From NCBI RefSeq assembly GCF_018350175.1, contig NC_058370.1, positions 15,438,001-15,502,000 of the forward strand: DNA of 64,000 nt. Reading direction: 5' to 3'. Position numbers and translations under genes: made by a program. Origin of the DNA: Felis catus. Lineage: Eukaryota. Position 1 is the first letter of the stretch. The number at the start of each line of letters is the position of its first letter. The notes under the pieces are model-generated. The model searched no databases and was not told the origin of the DNA. It saw only the letters and a program-made list of their open reading frames with translations. Below are positions 59,999-64,000 of this stretch, piece after piece.

Positions 59999-62900
59999 GT
60001 AGGTGCTTGGGGATCCCCGGAGGGCGGCCTGGTGCCTCCTTTGTTCCTGGGGGCCCGGGCTAGGGGGGCCTCAGGGGTCTGCACCGCCCCCAACTAGACG
60101 CCGAGGCCGGGGAAACTTTGCTGGAAAACTTGGCTCCCGGGTCACAGGGAGGCTCCGGGCCGGGGTGGCTCCCGCGCGCGAACGTGCGCCCCAGCCTGTT
60201 GCTCTTCCCGCCCCCTCTGGCCTCGGCCCCGCCGCGCGCTCCAGGCTCGGACGTGACTAAGCCGGTGTCACCTCTTCTCTCCCCCACACTCTCTCCCTCC
60301 CCTGGTGATCTTGGGGCCCTGGATCCCCCTGCACGCCCTCCGTAAGCGCCCAGAGCGGCGGCTCTAGAATCCGATAGGGCCTGGGCACGAGGGGCAGCGT
60401 ACTCGGAAGGGGGAAGGAGGAGGGTTGTGCGGAACCTTGTTTCACACACCGGGGAATGAAGGACTGAACCCTGACCTCAGGTCTGGCCCCAACCCCGCCA
60501 CTGGGCTTGTAACTTTGGGTAAAGCCCTGCCCCTTCTGAGTCTCAGTTTCCCCATCTGTACAACGGCAGGAGGGAGCCCGGCAGGAGATGGCCAGTGCCT
60601 CTGTAGGGCCCCTCCAAAGTTGGGGCTCTGATCTTCCAAGGGCAGACGGGAAGGATGGTTTGGGGTCAGCACTTCACCAAGAGTTGAGCCTCTGCTTTCT
60701 TCGAGAATGCGGTTTATTTCTGCTGAACTGCAGAAGAGAAATTGGAGTACCCACCTTGAGTAGGGTGAAGGGGGGTGGGGGACAGAGGGCCTCAGTGAGC
60801 CCAGAGAAGCTCTCCTTCTCACTGCTCTCTGGTCCCTGTCCGAGTTTACAAAGTCCTGGGCCACCAGAACCTCCATTCATCCCCTGTCACCAGTGTGGGG
60901 GAGGAGGATGGCAATCTCATCTGGGAAGTTGGGGGAGCAGGAATTGCTGGGAGGGTCTGTCTGTCCTCCAAGAACCCCATTTTTTGCCCCCTTGATTCCC
61001 TTAATTAAGCCCCCCTTTTTAGAAGCAGCAAGTCTGTGGAGTTTAATCATTGCAGATTTTTTTATGGGGCTCCTGTTTCTCTGGGCTTGGGCGGGGGAAG
61101 TCTTTTCTGCCTGGCAGGCTTCTTTTGGGGAGTCCGTGAGATCCTGATGATAACCCACCAGCACGATTGCAGGCATTCAGTGATGATAGCAAACATTTAG
61201 TGCTTATGGTGTGCCTTATGATGTTCTAATAGCTTTCTAATGGCTGTTCCAATGTCCTATCAACTTGCTTAATTCTGACAACAACCCTGCTGTTTACTGT
61301 TCTTAAATTGGTCCTGAGGCTGAGGAGGCTAGCTAACTTACCCAAGGTCACACAGCTAATCAGGGGCTGAGTCATTCAAATTTAGGCAGCCAGGTGTCCA
61401 AGTTCCTGCTCTTATGATAAGCTGCAGTGTGATGCTTTCTGAGTGGTGGCCCTGAATCTGTTGAGATTTGGGGCTGGCCGCCCTCAACGAATTCTGAGGT
61501 GGAAGGAAACAGGAGACCAGAGTGAGGTGATGACTTCCCCAAACTAAGGGCAGCCAGACCAAAAGGTTAGTGTCTGAGCCAAGACTCCAACCTACACCTG
61601 CTGCTCCCTGGTACAGTGCTCTAAATTAGGCCCTGAAAGATGTGTTGAGTCCAGCAACTGGGGAGACCTCCAGAGGAATGCCATGTTGGGTCCTGTTGGC
61701 CTGGACAGTGTGGGGAAAAAAGAAAGACCCAGGAGGTCGTGAGGTCACTGCATGGGCAGTCACATGGCAGTCTCAGTTCAGAGGCTGCTGAGTCTGCAGG
61801 TGCTTCAGGGTGAGGAGCAGACAGCTGTGTCCTGGGGGCAGTCAGAAGGATATGGTTTGGGGGAGGGCAGCTGTGTCAGCCCTCGCACGGTGACCCATCA
61901 GCTGGGGGAGAAGTAGGCCCTGAGCAGCTGCTTCCTGAGAGAGGTATCTGGCTCTCATCCTGACCTCAACACTCCCCTTCCTGGTGAATGTCAGGGACCT
62001 TCCACCTCTAATTGGGTCACAGGGCTTCCCCTTTTGCCTCCGCCACCCCCTTCCTTCCAAGATTGTGGCCGGAAAAATCAGACCTAGTCATAGTTGGATA
62101 GATGTAATGGAGGCCCGCCTTTTTCTTTTTGCAGGTGGAGAAAACAGGCCCTGGGAGAAGGGATTTGCTAATTACAGTTATGATTTGTTGAGTTTTCCAC
62201 ATGCTAGGTCTGGGGCATTTTATCCTCACAAAAAAACCCAGCATCTCGGGATTATATTATGCCCACTTTACAGATGAGGGAACTGAGGTCCATCTCCAGT
62301 AGTGCTGTTGAGGCCCCTCTCCAAGTTTAGGTTTAAGCCAAAGGCCTGCCCTCCCCTTGGGTGATACCCTACCCCCACCCTAAGGGCTTGGTGCCACAAG
62401 TTTTGGGAAGGGAACCCAGACTGTGCAGACAGCCTCTTCCCTGGCTGTGGGACTTACCATCCCAAACCAGTTCTTCTTGTCCAGCTGGGAGCATTCCCCT
62501 GAACTGCCTTCCTGCCACTCCTTCCCTAGCCAATTAAAGGCAGCCCTGTTTGGGGAGCTGGACCCCTCCAGAGGGGTTGCTGCCCAGAGGCACAGCCTTC
62601 TGATGTGGCACCAGGCCCAGTGGGTTCTGGGGAAATGTACTTTAGCTTAGAGATGTTTTCGGTCTCCTTGAAAATTCTCTCCTTGATTGCCCTGAGGTAG
62701 GAGTGGGGCAGAAGCCCAGAGGGTCTAGGACCCTTGAGTGGTCAGTGAGAGCTCTGTGGAATTCTTAAAAGCCTAGAGAGCTACTAAAGAGCCTATTTTG
62801 GGCCATTGTTTAGAGGGTTCTGTGAGCTTGATGTCCCCCATCTGTAAAATGGGGTTTGAAACAAATGACCTTGATTGCCCTTTTCAGCTCAAGTATTCTA

Positions 62901-64000
62901 TTCATATCCATCCCTCCAAACCTACCACACACACCACTCCCACCCACATACACCCAGTGGGGAATTCTGCCCTATTCATCTTCAGCGAAATACTTACCCC
63001 TTACTTAGTACGCAGGAAATATTTGCATGAATGAATAAATTCATGTGTGTAACTTCATTCGAAAGGGTGCATTGAGGTAATTTATCACTAACGTGAATGC
63101 CTTCCAGGGAAACCGTGAGGTAGGTTTTATTATCTCCATTTATACAGGAAACTGATGCTCAGAGGAAGGTAGTGGCTTGCCAAGGTCAGAACCAGGTCTC
63201 TGATAATACAAGGTGTCTGGTTTGAGCCTCCTCTGAGAACATTCCAGATGAGAAATTCCGGCTGGCTTTGAAGGAAGATACTTTGGGTTCTACTTCCTGA
63301 ATTGGAAGCACGTATGCCCTATCTCTGGGTCTCAGTGTCCCCAACTCTATAGTAAGGAGGTAGGACCAAAACCCTCCCAAGGGCCCTCCCTGCCCTGAAA
63401 ACACACTGATGGGGGGAGGGGAGCTTTCTTGGCCCCCTTGGTAAAGAACCTAAGAGGAGAAGAGCTGGGGGGTGGAGACATTCAGCTCCTGCCATCCCCA
63501 GCTCCTGGAAACAGAAGGCTTTTGCAAGGACTTGGAGTGCAGGGCCGCCCTGAATGAGGAGCTGGGAGAGCCAGGCTGGGCTCCCCGCCCCAGTTCCTTC
63601 TTGGGAGGAATTGGCTGCTAGTTGTTCTCAGCCTCCTGGACTGGTGGGTGTGATTTCCAAATGACCATTTGAAATTGGGGGAAGGGGCTGGACTGGGCCT
63701 GTGAGTCACTGGAGGAGAGCGGTGGCTGGCCTGAGTTACCCATTTCCTTTCAGCCTCTTGGCTAGTAGGATGGCTCTGATGAGGGTGTTGGAATGGGTTC
63801 CAGAGTTTTACCTTGTCCCCTGAGAGCCTATTAAAGATAGTCAGCGTCTCAATGTCCAGGGCCTTTGAGGGGATGCCCAGGAAATGTTAATACTAGGCCT
63901 CGGACCTTCCCAGTGCCCCGTCCGTGTGGACTTTGACAGGGTGTGAATTCAGCCAATTGTTTGTTTCCCTTGAAGCAGAACTGAAGCTGCCACTGCTCTG

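Overview
Mammalian genomic DNA from a carnivore, most likely a felid (many Can-SINE/SINEC_Fc-type elements), from a draft assembly with seven N gaps. The window is the conserved block that in human lies at 20q13.12, here in reverse orientation: PIGT (minus, exons 1-3; gene continues off the left edge), DBNDD2 (minus, three coding exons plus a 5' CpG island), a ~16-kb nested L1/MaLR/ERV/SINE cluster, TP53TG5 (plus), SYS1 (minus, two coding exons largely or entirely hidden in N gaps) and SDC4 (plus, promoter and exon 1). Gene calls rest on translated exons with canonical GT/AG boundaries and phase-compatible joins, compared with my recollection of the human proteins; no database search was run. 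I found no convincing new biological system. The most notable observations are a perfect in-frame 72-bp duplication in TP53TG5, a frameshifted TP53TG5 terminal exon, N gaps that sit on SYS1 coding exons (possible retrocopy), a SINE with an apparent 3' transduction, an orphan YY1/ETS CpG island, a CpG-rich ancient LTR with a perfect hairpin, and a stop-C-ATG junction predicted for SYS1-DBNDD2 read-through.
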